Origin: Trueperaceae bacterium
Lineage (GTDB): Bacteria; Deinococcota; Deinococci; Deinococcales; Trueperaceae
Length of the DNA: 64,000 bases
Reading direction: 5' to 3'
Assembly (NCBI GenBank): GCA_034520945.1
Contig: JAXHNB010000005.1
Coordinates: 384,001 to 448,000 of the forward strand
Position numbers and translations under genes: made by a program. Shown here piece after piece: positions 12,229-22,512 of the stretch. The notes under the pieces are model-generated. The model saw only the letters and a program-made list of their open reading frames with translations. It searched no databases and was not told the origin of the DNA. Each line of letters begins with the position of its first letter. Position 1 is the first letter of the stretch.

Positions 12229-13801
12229 GTGGAAGGGCTCCTGCTGGCACAAGTGCTGGACGAACTGCGGACGCGCCTGCCCGCGGATCGGCTCGATTGG
12301 CGCTTCGAGGACGCGCGCACGGCGGTCCTTCCCCTGGTGCCCGGCGGCGCCGTGTGGATCGTCGATCGTCCCGCCGAACCCCAGACTGGAGCTGCGCTTC
12401 GATCAGCCGCAGGGCGCCGGCGCGGCCGCCACCAACTTTCAGGCGCTTCTCCGTGCACGGGCGGTCGGCCCCCTCATCAAAGCGGAGCAGCCGGCGCTGG
12501 ACCGCGTGACGCGGCTGCGGTTCGGGCCGCGCGAAGGGTTCGTGGCGGCCCCGCCGGTGGACCTGATCTTCGAGGCGACCGGCCGCAACTGCAACCTGAT
12601 CCTGGTGGACGATGCAGGCACCATCCTGGGGTCGGCCCGCGAGGTCGGCGCGGAGATGAACCGCTACCGGCAGGTTCGGCCCGGTGCGACGTACCGCCCT
12701 CCGCCGCCATACGACAAGATCGACCCGCGCCGGGCCGACGACGAGGAGCTTGCCGGCGCCCTGAGGGGACGGACGCCCGCCCAGGTCAAGCGGGTGGTGG
12801 ACGGCGTCGGTCCGGAGCTCACCCGGGCGACCCTCGCCCTGGCCGGTCTCCCCCAGGAGGCGCGCCTGGAGGGGGAGGCGCTGGAGGCGTTCGTGTCGGC
12901 CTTGCGGGAGGTGGCCCGCGACCCGCGTGGCGCCAGTGCGCGGGCCCTGGACCGTCCGGACGTGGCGCGCTTGCAGGCACGCCAACGCCGCCAGGCCGAT
13001 CTGAACCGCGTCCGAAGCCTGCTGCGCGAACGGCTGCGCCTGGCCGAGAAGCGCCTCCGCGACGTCGACAAGGCGCTGGAGGCCGCGGAGGATGCGGACC
13101 GGGTGCGCACGGAGGGCGACCTGCTGCTGGCGCACGCGACGCGCGTACCGGCCGGCGTCCGCGAAGTGACGCTCCCAGCATTCGAAGGTGGGGAGGTCAC
13201 CCTCGCCTTGGACCCGTCGTCGTCGGCCGCCCAGAACGCCGAACGACGCTACCGGCAGGCCCGCAAGCGGGAGGACCGGGCCGAACGGGCCCTGGACCGG
13301 CAGGACGACCTCCGCGCCGAGGTGGACGCGCTCCGCCGCGAACTGGACGGGCTGGACGACTGGGACGACGACTCGCTCCGGGCCCGGCGGGCCAAGCTCG
13401 AGCCCGCCCGCGAGGACCGCCGCACGCGCGGGCCCGGCGCGCGGTACCCCGCCCCGCACGACTTCACCGTGCTGGTGGGCCGCAACGCGCGCGACAACGT
13501 TGCCATCACCTTCCGCGTGGCGCGTAGTCTGGACGTGTGGTTGCACGTGCAGGGATGGCAGGGCTCGCACGTGATCGTTCAGGCCGGCGGTCGTGAGGTG
13601 CCGTTCGACACCATCCTGTTCGCGGCCCGCCTGGCGGCAGGGCACTCCAAGGCGTCCGGCGGCGACAACGTCCCCGTCGACTACACGCTTAGGAAGTACG
13701 TCTGGAAGGTGAAGGGCGGTCCGCCCGGCGCGGTGCACTATACGCAGCAGAAGACCGTCTTCGTCACACCCAGCCGCAACCCCGCCGCGGAGCGGGCGTA
13801 G
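12229..13801 (+). CDS. rqcH: NFACT family ribosome quality-control factor RqcH/Rqc2 (FbpA-like), interrupted by a +1 frameshift near 12370-12382
   Basis: N-terminus VEGLLLAQVL.. in frame of ORF 12115; LDRV, EATGRNCNLIL, NAERRYRQARK, VGRNARDN, WLHVQGWQGSHVI, VPVDYT in frame of ORF 12506. Confidence 0.85.
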
Positions 13802-13811
13802 ACTGCGCGGC

Positions 13812-15023
13812 ATGCGCGTCACCGCCCGCCGCCCCGTCGTGCTGGAAGGCGCTGCGCTCAGTGCCCTGCTGATCATCGTGCACATGACCAACGACGCGTT
13901 CGCCAGCATGCTGGCGGCGCTGCTGCCGTCCCTGCAGGTGCGCTTCGGGCTGTCCGAAACGGTGCTGGCCACGCTGGTCGCGACGTTGTCGTTCAGCTCG
14001 TCGGTGACGCAGCCGCTGTTCGGGGCGCTGGCGGACGCCGTCGGGCGGCGCGTGGTCGGCGCCGTGGGCGTGATCACCAGCTCCGGGCTGTTGTCGCTGA
14101 TGGCGATCGCCCCCAGCGTCTGGGTGTTGTACCTGCTGCTGGCGTTCGGAGGTCTCGGATCGGCGGCGTTCCACCCCAGCGGGACGGGGCTGGCCCGCGA
14201 CGCCGCGCGTGGGCAACGTGGTGGCACCGGCCTGGCGGTCGGGATCTTCAGCGCGGGCGGCACGGTCGGCATGGCGATCGGTCCGCTCGCCATCGGCGTG
14301 CTGGTCATGAACGACTGGTTGTCGTTCTCGCCGTGGATGATGCTTCCCGGTCTGGTGCTGGGTGGCGCCATGTTGGTGATGGCGCCGCGCCAGCCGCCCA
14401 TGCGCCGCGGCGCTGGCGGGCGCATCTTCGATCCGGCGTTGCTCCGGGGTCCCGTCGGCGCGTTGGCGCTGGCGGGGATCCTGCGCGGGATCGCGTTCGT
14501 GACGGTGATGAACGCCTTGCCGCTGTTGTTGGTGGGGGCGCGCGGCGTGGCCCCCGACGCACCGGTGGCGTTCTGGTCGCTGACGGTGTTCAGCCTGTCG
14601 GCCGGGCTGGGCGGCATTCTGGCCGGCGCGGTGGAACCTCGCGTCGGCCGGGTCCGGCTGATCACGGGGAGCATGCTGGCGGGGGTGCCGGTGTTGGCGT
14701 CGTTGCTGGTGCTTCCCCCCGGCGCGCCGGTCTTCTACCTCATGATCGTGGCCGGCGGGGTGCTGGTCAACGCGCCGTTGCCGTTGATGATCGTGAGCGC
14801 GCAGGATCTCGCCCCACACGCCGTTGGGACGGCGTCGGGCCTGATGATGGGCTTCACGTGGGGGACGGCCGGCGTGCTGTACGTCGGCATCGGCGCGCTC
14901 CAGGAGTGGATCGGCATCCCGGCGGCCATGATGCTGGCGTTCCTGGCGCTGGTGCCGGCCGCCTGGTTGGCCGGGCGTACGCTGCACGCCCACCGTGACG
15001 CCTTGGACGCCGCGGGCGACTGA
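13812..15023 (+). CDS. MFS transporter (Fsr/fosmidomycin-resistance-like)
   Basis: H..ND, QPLFGALAD, GSAAFHPSG, F..GG..G.A.GP motifs; many hydrophobic segments. Confidence 0.85.
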   Translation: MRVTARRPVVLEGAALSALLIIVHMTNDAFASMLAALLPSLQVRFGLSETVLATLVATLSFSSSVTQPLFGALADAVGRRVVGAVGVITSSGLLSLMAIAPSVWVLYLLLAFGGLGSAAFHPSGTGLARDAARGQRGGTGLAVGIFSAGGTVGMAIGPLAIGVLVMNDWLSFSPWMMLPGLVLGGAMLVMAPRQPPMRRGAGGRIFDPALLRGPVGALALAGILRGIAFVTVMNALPLLLVGARGVAPDAPVAFWSLTVFSLSAGLGGILAGAVEPRVGRVRLITGSMLAGVPVLASLLVLPPGAPVFYLMIVAGGVLVNAPLPLMIVSAQDLAPHAVGTASGLMMGFTWGTAGVLYVGIGALQEWIGIPAAMMLAFLALVPAAWLAGRTLHAHRDALDAAGD

Positions 15024-15059
15024 CGCGTTCCAAGGCGCAGGGGCCGCCGGCGCGGGGGG

Positions 15060-15980
15060 TCAGGCCTGCCCTGCCGAGCCGAACACCTGCATGCGCGCCG
15101 CCACGACGGCGCGCATCTCGTCCCGCGCCGGCCCCAGGATCTTGCGCGGATCGAACTGCGCCGGGTCGGACTGGAGCACCTCGCGGACGCGGGCGGTGAA
15201 GGCCAGGCGCAGGTCCGTGTCGGTGTTGATCTTGGCGATGCCGTGCGTGACCGCCCGCCGGACGTCCTCCTCGTGGATGCCGCTGGCGTCATCCAGCGAC
15301 CCGCCGGCCGCGTTCAGGCGTGCCACCAGCTCGCTCGGCACGCCGCTGGCGCCGTGCATCACCAACGGGTGCGGCAGGCGCGAGGCGATCTCGGCGATGC
15401 GGTCGTGATCGATGTAGGGGCGTCCCGTGCCTTTGTTCGGTCCGTGCGAGGTTCCGATGGCGACGGCGAGGTAGTCGGCGCCGCTCTGCGCCATGAACCG
15501 TTCCGCCTCGTCCGGCTTGGTGAGGATGGCGTCCTCCTCGCGCACCACCACGTGCTCCTCGACCCCGCCGAGCCGGCCGATCTCGGCCTCCACCGACACG
15601 CCGACGGCGTGCGCGGCGCGGACCACGCGGGCGGTCTCGCGGATGTTGTCCGCCTCCTCCTCGTGCGACTTGTCGATCATCACCGAGGTGAACCCCAGGC
15701 GCAGGGCGCGGATGCAGGACTCGTACGAACTGCCGTGGTCCAGGTGGATCGCCACCGGCACGGTGGCGTTACGGGCCATGTCGTGCACCATGGCGGGCAG
15801 GGCGTCCCCGCCGTACGTCAGCGCGCCCTCCGAGAGCGCCAGCAGGACCGGGCTCCGCGTGTCTTCGGCCGCGCCCAGGATGGCCTGCGTGATCTCCATG
15901 TCGTTGGTGTTGAACGCGCCGACGCCGTACGAGCCGGCGCGCGCCGCTGCGAGAATGTCGCGTCCGCTGGCGAGAGGCAT
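15060..15980 (-). CDS. fba: class II fructose-1,6-bisphosphate aldolase
   Basis: YGVGAFN, VAIHLDHG, GFTSVMID, VEAEIGRLGG, AIGTSHG, LVMHGASG, KINTDTD, FDPRK; start ATG 15980. Confidence 0.95.
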   Translation of the reverse strand: MPLASGRDILAAARAGSYGVGAFNTNDMEITQAILGAAEDTRSPVLLALSEGALTYGGDALPAMVHDMARNATVPVAIHLDHGSSYESCIRALRLGFTSVMIDKSHEEEADNIRETARVVRAAHAVGVSVEAEIGRLGGVEEHVVVREEDAILTKPDEAERFMAQSGADYLAVAIGTSHGPNKGTGRPYIDHDRIAEIASRLPHPLVMHGASGVPSELVARLNAAGGSLDDASGIHEEDVRRAVTHGIAKINTDTDLRLAFTARVREVLQSDPAQFDPRKILGPARDEMRAVVAARMQVFGSAGQA

Positions 15981-16027
15981 GGCGCGAGCATACCGCACCC
16001 CCTCGGGCGCGCCTCTGCCGGCGTCGT

Positions 16028-16762
16028 TCAGGCCGGCTCTGCGGCCAGGGCGTCCAGAAGCGCGTACGTCGCCGCGCGCACCGCCCCCTCCGCGTCCCAC
16101 GAAGCGTGGTCGCGGACCCCGGCGACGTTGCTGATGCCGCGCACCTCGCCGAACGGCAGGCCCATGCGTGCGCACACCAGAGCGACCGCCGCGCCCTCCA
16201 TCGACTCCACCGCGGCGCCGCTGCGCTGGGCGCGCGCCCCTGCGACGTCGAGATCGCCGGAGATGCCGTCCGACGTCGCGAAGCCCTGCGGCGCCATGCG
16301 ACAGGCCCGCGCCAACGCGGCCTGCCAGCCCGGATCGGTCGGGATGCGGTCGTAGAGGGGATCGCCGCCTGCGCTGCTGGCCAACGCCAGGGGGATCTCG
16401 GCCAGGCTGCGGGTGCCCTCGCTCGCCACGACCCCCGCGTCCAACGCGAACTCCCATGCGGCGCAGGCGGCGGCGCCGACCGGCACGAAGCTGCCGGCGT
16501 AGGCGCCGCCGATGCCGAGAAGAAGCAGGGCGGACGGCCGGTGCCGCTGGTTCGTGAGGGCGGCCGCGGCCGCCGCCGCGGCGCTTCCGACGCCGCCCTC
16601 GACCAGCACCAGTGCGCGGCGCCGGTGATGCCCCGTCCAGGTGCGGGGCCAGTCGGACGCCTGCGGCTGGGCGTCCGTGCGCGCGACCATGGCGCGCAGC
16701 TCCATGGGGGTGGCGGCCAGGATCGCCAGCGGCGCCTGGGCGGTGCCGGCGTCCGGCGTCAC
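16028..16762 (-). CDS. mqnB: futalosine hydrolase (PNP/MTAN-family nucleosidase)
   Basis: GGVG, GIGGAY, ESMEGAAVA..C, EVRGISN..G.RD..W; GTG 16762 overlaps upstream TGA. Confidence 0.75.
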   Translation of the reverse strand: MTPDAGTAQAPLAILAATPMELRAMVARTDAQPQASDWPRTWTGHHRRRALVLVEGGVGSAAAAAAAALTNQRHRPSALLLLGIGGAYAGSFVPVGAAACAAWEFALDAGVVASEGTRSLAEIPLALASSAGGDPLYDRIPTDPGWQAALARACRMAPQGFATSDGISGDLDVAGARAQRSGAAVESMEGAAVALVCARMGLPFGEVRGISNVAGVRDHASWDAEGAVRAATYALLDALAAEPA

Positions 16763-17481
16763 GTCGCGGGCTCCCAGCGCCACACGACGGCGTCCGCCGC
16801 GTCGGCCGCGGTGGCGTGTGCCCATCCCGTTCGCTTGCCCAGTCCGCGCGCCGCGGCCAGGGTCCGCGCCACCAGCGCCTCGGCGGGCCCGGCGGTGAGC
16901 AGGACCACCGCCGACGCGTCGTCTTCGACGACGACGCACACGGCGCGAGCGCCTGCGTCCCCGGTCTCGCTCAGCAGCCGCACGCGGTCGTCCGCAGCCG
17001 TGGCGGAGGCCAGCAGGGTGGCCAGCGAGGCGGCCGCGTCCGGCAGCGCATGGGCGTCGGCGATCTCGCGGGCGACCTCCCCGGCGCCGTCCCAGCCGAG
17101 GCGCACGGCGCCGGCGTCCGGGCGTGGACCGCCGGACGGGACGTTCGGGTCGCGTGCCGGGTCGAGGGCGACGCCGCACGACGGTGCCCATCCCAGCTGC
17201 GCCAGGGCGTCCTCCACGGCGCCGGGGCCGGTCGTCAGCACGGCGGGCCGCACGCCGTGCGCGGCGCACCCCTCCGCGAGCTCGGCCACGCGGGCCGCCT
17301 CGGGATCCCACACCGCCTCGGTGAGGGCCAGGGGCGCGTCAGGGGTGCGGAGCAGCCACCCGCCGGCGACCGGAATCGCGTCCACGGCCAGGGCGGCACC
17401 GGCCGCGTACAACAGCTGGGCGGGGTCGCCCGGCGGCAGGGACGCGAGCGCGCGCGGGTCGGGGCTCGCGCCGGGCGGCAC
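16759..17481 (-). CDS. hypothetical protein (possibly degenerate GNAT-like fold)
   Basis: Fills the gap between ftsY and mqnB with GTGA coupling; no clear motif. Confidence 0.5.
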   Translation of the reverse strand: MPPGASPDPRALASLPPGDPAQLLYAAGAALAVDAIPVAGGWLLRTPDAPLALTEAVWDPEAARVAELAEGCAAHGVRPAVLTTGPGAVEDALAQLGWAPSCGVALDPARDPNVPSGGPRPDAGAVRLGWDGAGEVAREIADAHALPDAAASLATLLASATAADDRVRLLSETGDAGARAVCVVVEDDASAVVLLTAGPAEALVARTLAAARGLGKRTGWAHATAADAADAVVWRWEPAT

Positions 17482-17484
17482 GCC

Positions 17485-18429
17485 TCAGGCCGCCTCGCGG
17501 GCCGGCATGTCCAGGAGGGCGCGCACGAAGGCGGCGGCATCGTAGGGTTGCAGGTCGTCCGCCGATTCGCCCACGCCGATGAACTTGATGGGCAGCTCCA
17601 ACTCGCGCGCGATCGGCAGGAGGATGCCGCCCTTGCCGGTGCCGTCCAGCTTGGTCACGATCACGCCGGTGACGCCGACGGCGTCGTGGAACCGCTTCGC
17701 TTGCGCCAGGCCGTTCTGGCCGGTGACAGCGTCCAGCACCAGCCACACCTCGCCGGGCTCGCCGGCGTCGGCCTTGCCGATGACGCGCTTCACCTTGCGG
17801 AGCTCCTCCATCAGGTTGTGCTGGGTGTGGAGCCGGCCGGCCGTGTCCACGAACAGAACGTCGCTGCCCTTCGCCTTGCGCGATGCGGCCGCGTCGAAGG
17901 CGACGGCGCCCGGGTCGCCGCCGTCGGGCCCGACGGCGGTGGGGACGCCGAGGCGTTCGCCCCACACCCCCAGCTGGGCGCTGCCGGCGGCGCGGAAGGT
18001 GTCGCCCGCCGCGAAGGCGACGCTGCGGCCGTGGTTCAGGTAGTAGCGTCCCAGCTTGGCGATGGTGGTGGTCTTGCCGACGCCGTTGACGCCGACCACC
18101 ATGACCACGTGGCCGGACGGTTCGACCACGTTGCGTCCGACGTCCAACTCGAAGCCGACGCGCCGTAGCTTCTGGCGCATGCGGTTCGGCTCCAGTTGAT
18201 CGAGAAGCGCCCGCTCCAGCGCGTCGCGGAACGCCATCCCGCCCTCGCGTTGGCGCTTGGCTTCGGCCACGACCTCGGCGGCGATGTGGGCACCGACGTC
18301 CGCCCCGATGAGGGCGAACTCGAGGTCGTCCCAGTCCATCTCCCAGCTCTTGGTGAGGTCGCGCACGTCGCTGGTGAGCACGTCGCGGGTCTTGCCGAGC
18401 CCGCGGCGGAGCCGCTCGAACCAGCTCAT
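17485..18429 (-). CDS. ftsY: signal recognition particle receptor FtsY (short, NG domain only)
   Basis: MSWFERLRRGL.KTR, GVNGVGKTTTIAKL, DTFRAA, DTAGRL, TKLDGTGKGG; ATGA overlap with gltX. Confidence 0.96.
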   Translation of the reverse strand: MSWFERLRRGLGKTRDVLTSDVRDLTKSWEMDWDDLEFALIGADVGAHIAAEVVAEAKRQREGGMAFRDALERALLDQLEPNRMRQKLRRVGFELDVGRNVVEPSGHVVMVVGVNGVGKTTTIAKLGRYYLNHGRSVAFAAGDTFRAAGSAQLGVWGERLGVPTAVGPDGGDPGAVAFDAAASRKAKGSDVLFVDTAGRLHTQHNLMEELRKVKRVIGKADAGEPGEVWLVLDAVTGQNGLAQAKRFHDAVGVTGVIVTKLDGTGKGGILLPIARELELPIKFIGVGESADDLQPYDAAAFVRALLDMPAREAA

Positions 18430-19961
18430 CCGACCCGCCCTTCGGGCGCGTTGGGCCGTTCCTCCTCGCCCCCCTCGGCCTGTTCCTCTCCCTGCACCGG
18501 GTGGTCGTCGGGCAGCGACGCGGTGGTCTCGCTCAACGCGCGGCCAATCCTGGCCAGCACGCGCTGGCGGCCCAGGATCGCCGCAAGGTCGGTGACGGAG
18601 GGCGCCTGGGTGGTGCCGGTGAGGGCCGCCCGCAGCGGCATCATCACCTGGGGCTTCTTGATCTCGCGCGCGCGCACGTAGTCGTCCAACAGGTCGTCCA
18701 CGGCGTCCTCGTCCAGGAAGTCCAGCATCGAGAAGGCGCGCTCGAGGTCGGCGAGGATCTGCTGGGCGGCGGCCACGCGCTTGCGGGCCTCGTCGTCGTA
18801 CGCGAAGTCGTCGTCGAAGAAGTAGCGGCCGGCGTCGAGCAGGTCTCGGAGCGTCTCGGCCCGGGGCCGCAGCACGTCGACGACGTCCAGGAGGTAATCC
18901 TCGCTCTCCCAGTCGTACCCTTCGGCCTCCAACGACGGCTTCAGGCGCGCCGCGATCTCCTCCAGCGGGAGGATCTCCCGCAGGTAGCGGGCGTTGAAAT
19001 GCCGCAGCTTGCGGAGGTCGAACACCGGCCCGCCCAGCGAGATACGCGACGGATCGAACGCGGCGACCATCTCGTCCAGATCGAAGAACTCCCGGCCGTC
19101 CGGCATGCTCCACGCCAGCGTGCCGAGGAAGTTGCGCAGCGCTTCGGGCAGGATGCCCTGGGCGCGGTAGGAGTCGACGCTGGTGTCCAGCTTGCGCTTG
19201 CTGATCTTGGTCTTGTTGGCGTCGGGGTTGCGGAGCAGCGGAAGGTGGCAGAACACCGGCGGCGCCCACGCGAACGCGTCGTAGAGCAGTACGTGGACCG
19301 GCGTGCTGGTCACCCACTCCTCGGCGCGGAGCACGTGGGTGACGCCCATCAGTTGGTCGTCCACCACGTTCGCGAAGTGGTAGGTGGGGAAGCCGTCGCT
19401 CTTGAGGAGCACGGTGTCGCGGATCTCCTCGTTCGGGATGGAGATGGTGCCGCGAAGCAGGTCGTCGAAGCCCGTCTCGCCCCGGTCCGGCGTGACCAGC
19501 CGAACCACGTGCGGTTCGCCGGCGGCGGCGCGTCGTTCCTGCTCTTCGGCCGGGACGACGCGCCCGCGCCCGTCGTAGCCCAGCGCCTTGCCCTGCTGGC
19601 GCTGCTCGGAGCGCATCGCCTCGAGCTCCTCCGGCGTCTCGAAGGCCCGGTAGGCCTTGCCCTCCCTCAGCAGGCGGTCGGCGTGCGCGCGGTAGATCTC
19701 GGTCCGTTCGCTCTGCCGGTACGGTCGGTGATCGCCGCCGATGCCGGGCCCCTCGTCGGGGGGAAGGCCGAGCCACGCGAACATGTCCAGGATGCGCGCC
19801 TCCGAGGTGGCGTCGTAGCGTTCGCGGTCGGTGTCCTCGAGGCGGAACACGAATCGGCCCCCGTGCCGCTTGGCGAACGCGTAGTTGAACAGGCCCACGT
19901 ACGCGGTCCCGACGTGCGGGTCACCGGTGGGCGATGGCGCGATGCGGGTCACGACGTTCAT
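18426..19961 (-). CDS. gltX: glutamate--tRNA ligase
   Basis: RIAPSPTGDPHVG (HIGH), LEDTD, PYRQSER, PTYHFANVVDD, KISKR (KMSKS). Confidence 0.96.
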   Translation of the reverse strand: MNVVTRIAPSPTGDPHVGTAYVGLFNYAFAKRHGGRFVFRLEDTDRERYDATSEARILDMFAWLGLPPDEGPGIGGDHRPYRQSERTEIYRAHADRLLREGKAYRAFETPEELEAMRSEQRQQGKALGYDGRGRVVPAEEQERRAAAGEPHVVRLVTPDRGETGFDDLLRGTISIPNEEIRDTVLLKSDGFPTYHFANVVDDQLMGVTHVLRAEEWVTSTPVHVLLYDAFAWAPPVFCHLPLLRNPDANKTKISKRKLDTSVDSYRAQGILPEALRNFLGTLAWSMPDGREFFDLDEMVAAFDPSRISLGGPVFDLRKLRHFNARYLREILPLEEIAARLKPSLEAEGYDWESEDYLLDVVDVLRPRAETLRDLLDAGRYFFDDDFAYDDEARKRVAAAQQILADLERAFSMLDFLDEDAVDDLLDDYVRAREIKKPQVMMPLRAALTGTTQAPSVTDLAAILGRQRVLARIGRALSETTASLPDDHPVQGEEQAEGGEEERPNAPEGRVG

Positions 19962-20030
19962 GGCGTGGTCTCCTATCTCGAATGAGCATCATAGCCCGCG
20001 TCCGCGGGCCGGCGGGTCGCCGGGGTCGCG

Positions 20031-20843
<813 letters not shown>

Positions 20844-20942
20844 GTGCGTCTCCTACGGTGTCGGGTGTCGATCGGCCGGGGTCCGCAACGAACGGGCCGG
20901 CGGGAGGGTCCCACCGGCCACGCGCGCGGTCCGGGGCTACGC

Positions 20943-21329
20943 TCAGCGTTTGCTGAACTGCGGCGACCGACGGGCCTTCTTGAGGCCGTACTTCTTGCGT
21001 TCGACGACGCGCGCGTCGCGCGAGAGGTGACCCGCCTGCTTCAGCACGTCGCGGTAGTTCGGGTCGACCTCCAGCAGCGCGCGGGCCACGCCCAGCTTGA
21101 TGGCGTCCGCTTGGCCTGCGGGGCCGCCGCCGCGTACGGTGATGGTGGCGTCGTACCGGCCAGCGGTGCTGGTCGCCTTGAGCGGTTCGAGCGCCTGCAC
21201 GCCGACCAGAATGCCACGGAAGTACTCCTGGAAGTCCTTGCCGTTCACGTTGATCCGGCCGGAGCCGGGGCGCAGGAAGACGCGTGCGACAGCTTCCTTG
21301 CGTCGGCCGGTCCCGTAGTACTGATCCAT
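20943..21329 (-). CDS. rpsI: 30S ribosomal protein S9
   Basis: [39 protein letters not shown]. Confidence 0.98.
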   Translation of the reverse strand: MDQYYGTGRRKEAVARVFLRPGSGRINVNGKDFQEYFRGILVGVQALEPLKATSTAGRYDATITVRGGGPAGQADAIKLGVARALLEVDPNYRDVLKQAGHLSRDARVVERKKYGLKKARRSPQFSKR

Positions 21330-21331
21330 GT

Positions 21332-21754
21332 TCAGACCTCCAGTGTCTTCGGTCGTTGCGCCTGGTGCGGGTGGGCGTCGCCGGCGTACACCTTGAGTCG
21401 CCGGATGATCTTGCGGCCCAGCCGGTTCTTGGGCAGCATCCCCCACACTGCGGACTCCACCACCCGCTCGGGACGGCGGCGCATCATCGTCCGGGCCGTC
21501 GTGCGCGTGAGCCCGCCCTGATACCCGCTGTAGCGGGTGTACTCCTTCTGGTCCAGCTTGCTGCCGGTGAACACGACCTTGTCGGCGTTGACGACGATCA
21601 CGAAGTCCCCGCCCGCCTGATTCGGCGTGAAGGTCGGCTTGTGCTTGCCGCGAAGCACCTGCGCGAGGCGCGTGGCGAGCCGGCCGACGGTCTGGCCGGC
21701 GGCATCGACGACCACCCAGTCGTTGGAGGTCTCCTTGGGAAAATACGTCTTCAC
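21332..21754 (-). CDS. rplM: 50S ribosomal protein L13
   Basis: [46 protein letters not shown]; start GTG 21754 (alternative 21763). Confidence 0.97.
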   Translation of the reverse strand: MKTYFPKETSNDWVVVDAAGQTVGRLATRLAQVLRGKHKPTFTPNQAGGDFVIVVNADKVVFTGSKLDQKEYTRYSGYQGGLTRTTARTMMRRRPERVVESAVWGMLPKNRLGRKIIRRLKVYAGDAHPHQAQRPKTLEV

Positions 21755-21918
21755 GTTGCTCACGTCCCTCTTGCGTCCGATTCGTGTTTGGTCGTGCACG
21801 CCGCACATCGGTGCACGGTCCAGGAGGTCGCGTCGCCATGCGGCTGCGTGCCGGCACGGCGGCGACGGCCGAAGTGCCCGTAGGCGCGCGCGGCGCCGGC
21901 GCGGCGAGGCCGGAGGGG

Positions 21919-21948
21919 ACTCTAGCACGGCCGCGCGTAGCGGGGCAA
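21919..21948 (-). promoter_or_regulatory. probable rplM-rpsI promoter
   Basis: TTGCCC-18 nt-TAGAGT with TG extension on minus strand. Confidence 0.55.
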
Positions 21949-21974
21949 GCGCCGGCGCTGCGGGGCCGACGGGA

Positions 21975-22472
21975 TCAGGGCTCTTCGGGCAGGTCCTCTT
22001 CGGGCAGGTCCTCTTCGGGCAAATCGGGGACGCGCCCCCCGAGCTGACGGATCTCCTCGATGAACCGCTCGACCGAGTCGAAGTCGCGGTAGACGCTCAA
22101 GAAGCGGATGTAGGCGACGTCGTCGACCTCCTTGAGGAAGGCAAGCGCGCGGCGGCCGATCTCGTCCGCATCGATACGGGCGGTGTGCACCTCGTCCTCG
22201 AGCGCGTAGGCGAACTCGCGGAGCTGCTTCTCCGTCACCGGCCGCTTGTTCGTCGCCACCCGTAGCTTGCCGAGAAGCTTGTCGGGCTGGAACGCTTCCA
22301 GGCGCCCCGAGCGCTTGCGCACCATCAGCGCCTCCAACTGGGCGCGTTCGTAGGTCGTGAAACGGCGGTGACAGGCGTCGCACTCGCGCCGGCGCCGGAT
22401 CGCCTGCCCCTCGTCCGAGGGGCGCGAGTTGACCACGCGCGTGTCCACGGCCGAGCAGTACGGGCACTTCAT
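21975..22472 (-). CDS. nrdR: transcriptional repressor NrdR
   Basis: MKCPYC, V..SR, IRRRREC..C..RFTTYER, VAYIRF.SVYRDF. Confidence 0.97.
   Translation of the reverse strand: MKCPYCSAVDTRVVNSRPSDEGQAIRRRRECDACHRRFTTYERAQLEALMVRKRSGRLEAFQPDKLLGKLRVATNKRPVTEKQLREFAYALEDEVHTARIDADEIGRRALAFLKEVDDVAYIRFLSVYRDFDSVERFIEEIRQLGGRVPDLPEEDLPEEDLPEEP
21981..22025. repeat. 15-bp tandem repeat x3 encoding (DLPEE)3 tail of NrdR
   Basis: CTCTTCGGGCAGGTC, CTCTTCGGGCAGGTC, CTCTTCGGGCAAATC. Confidence 0.9.
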
Positions 22473-22512
22473 CGCCTGACGTCCCCCCCGGCGGTGCGCG
22501 GCGGCGCGAGGG

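Noticed and set aside
10787..13801. Stop-codon readthrough fusing the TPR gene to the rqcH C-terminal frame (same frame, single TGA at 12188)
   Set aside because: The intervening in-frame translation is Cys/Trp-rich nonsense, while the true RqcH N-terminus lies in another frame with its own -10 box.
17485..19776. Apparent 763-aa FtsY with long N-terminal extension
   Set aside because: The extension is an off-frame read of gltX; true start is ATG 18429.
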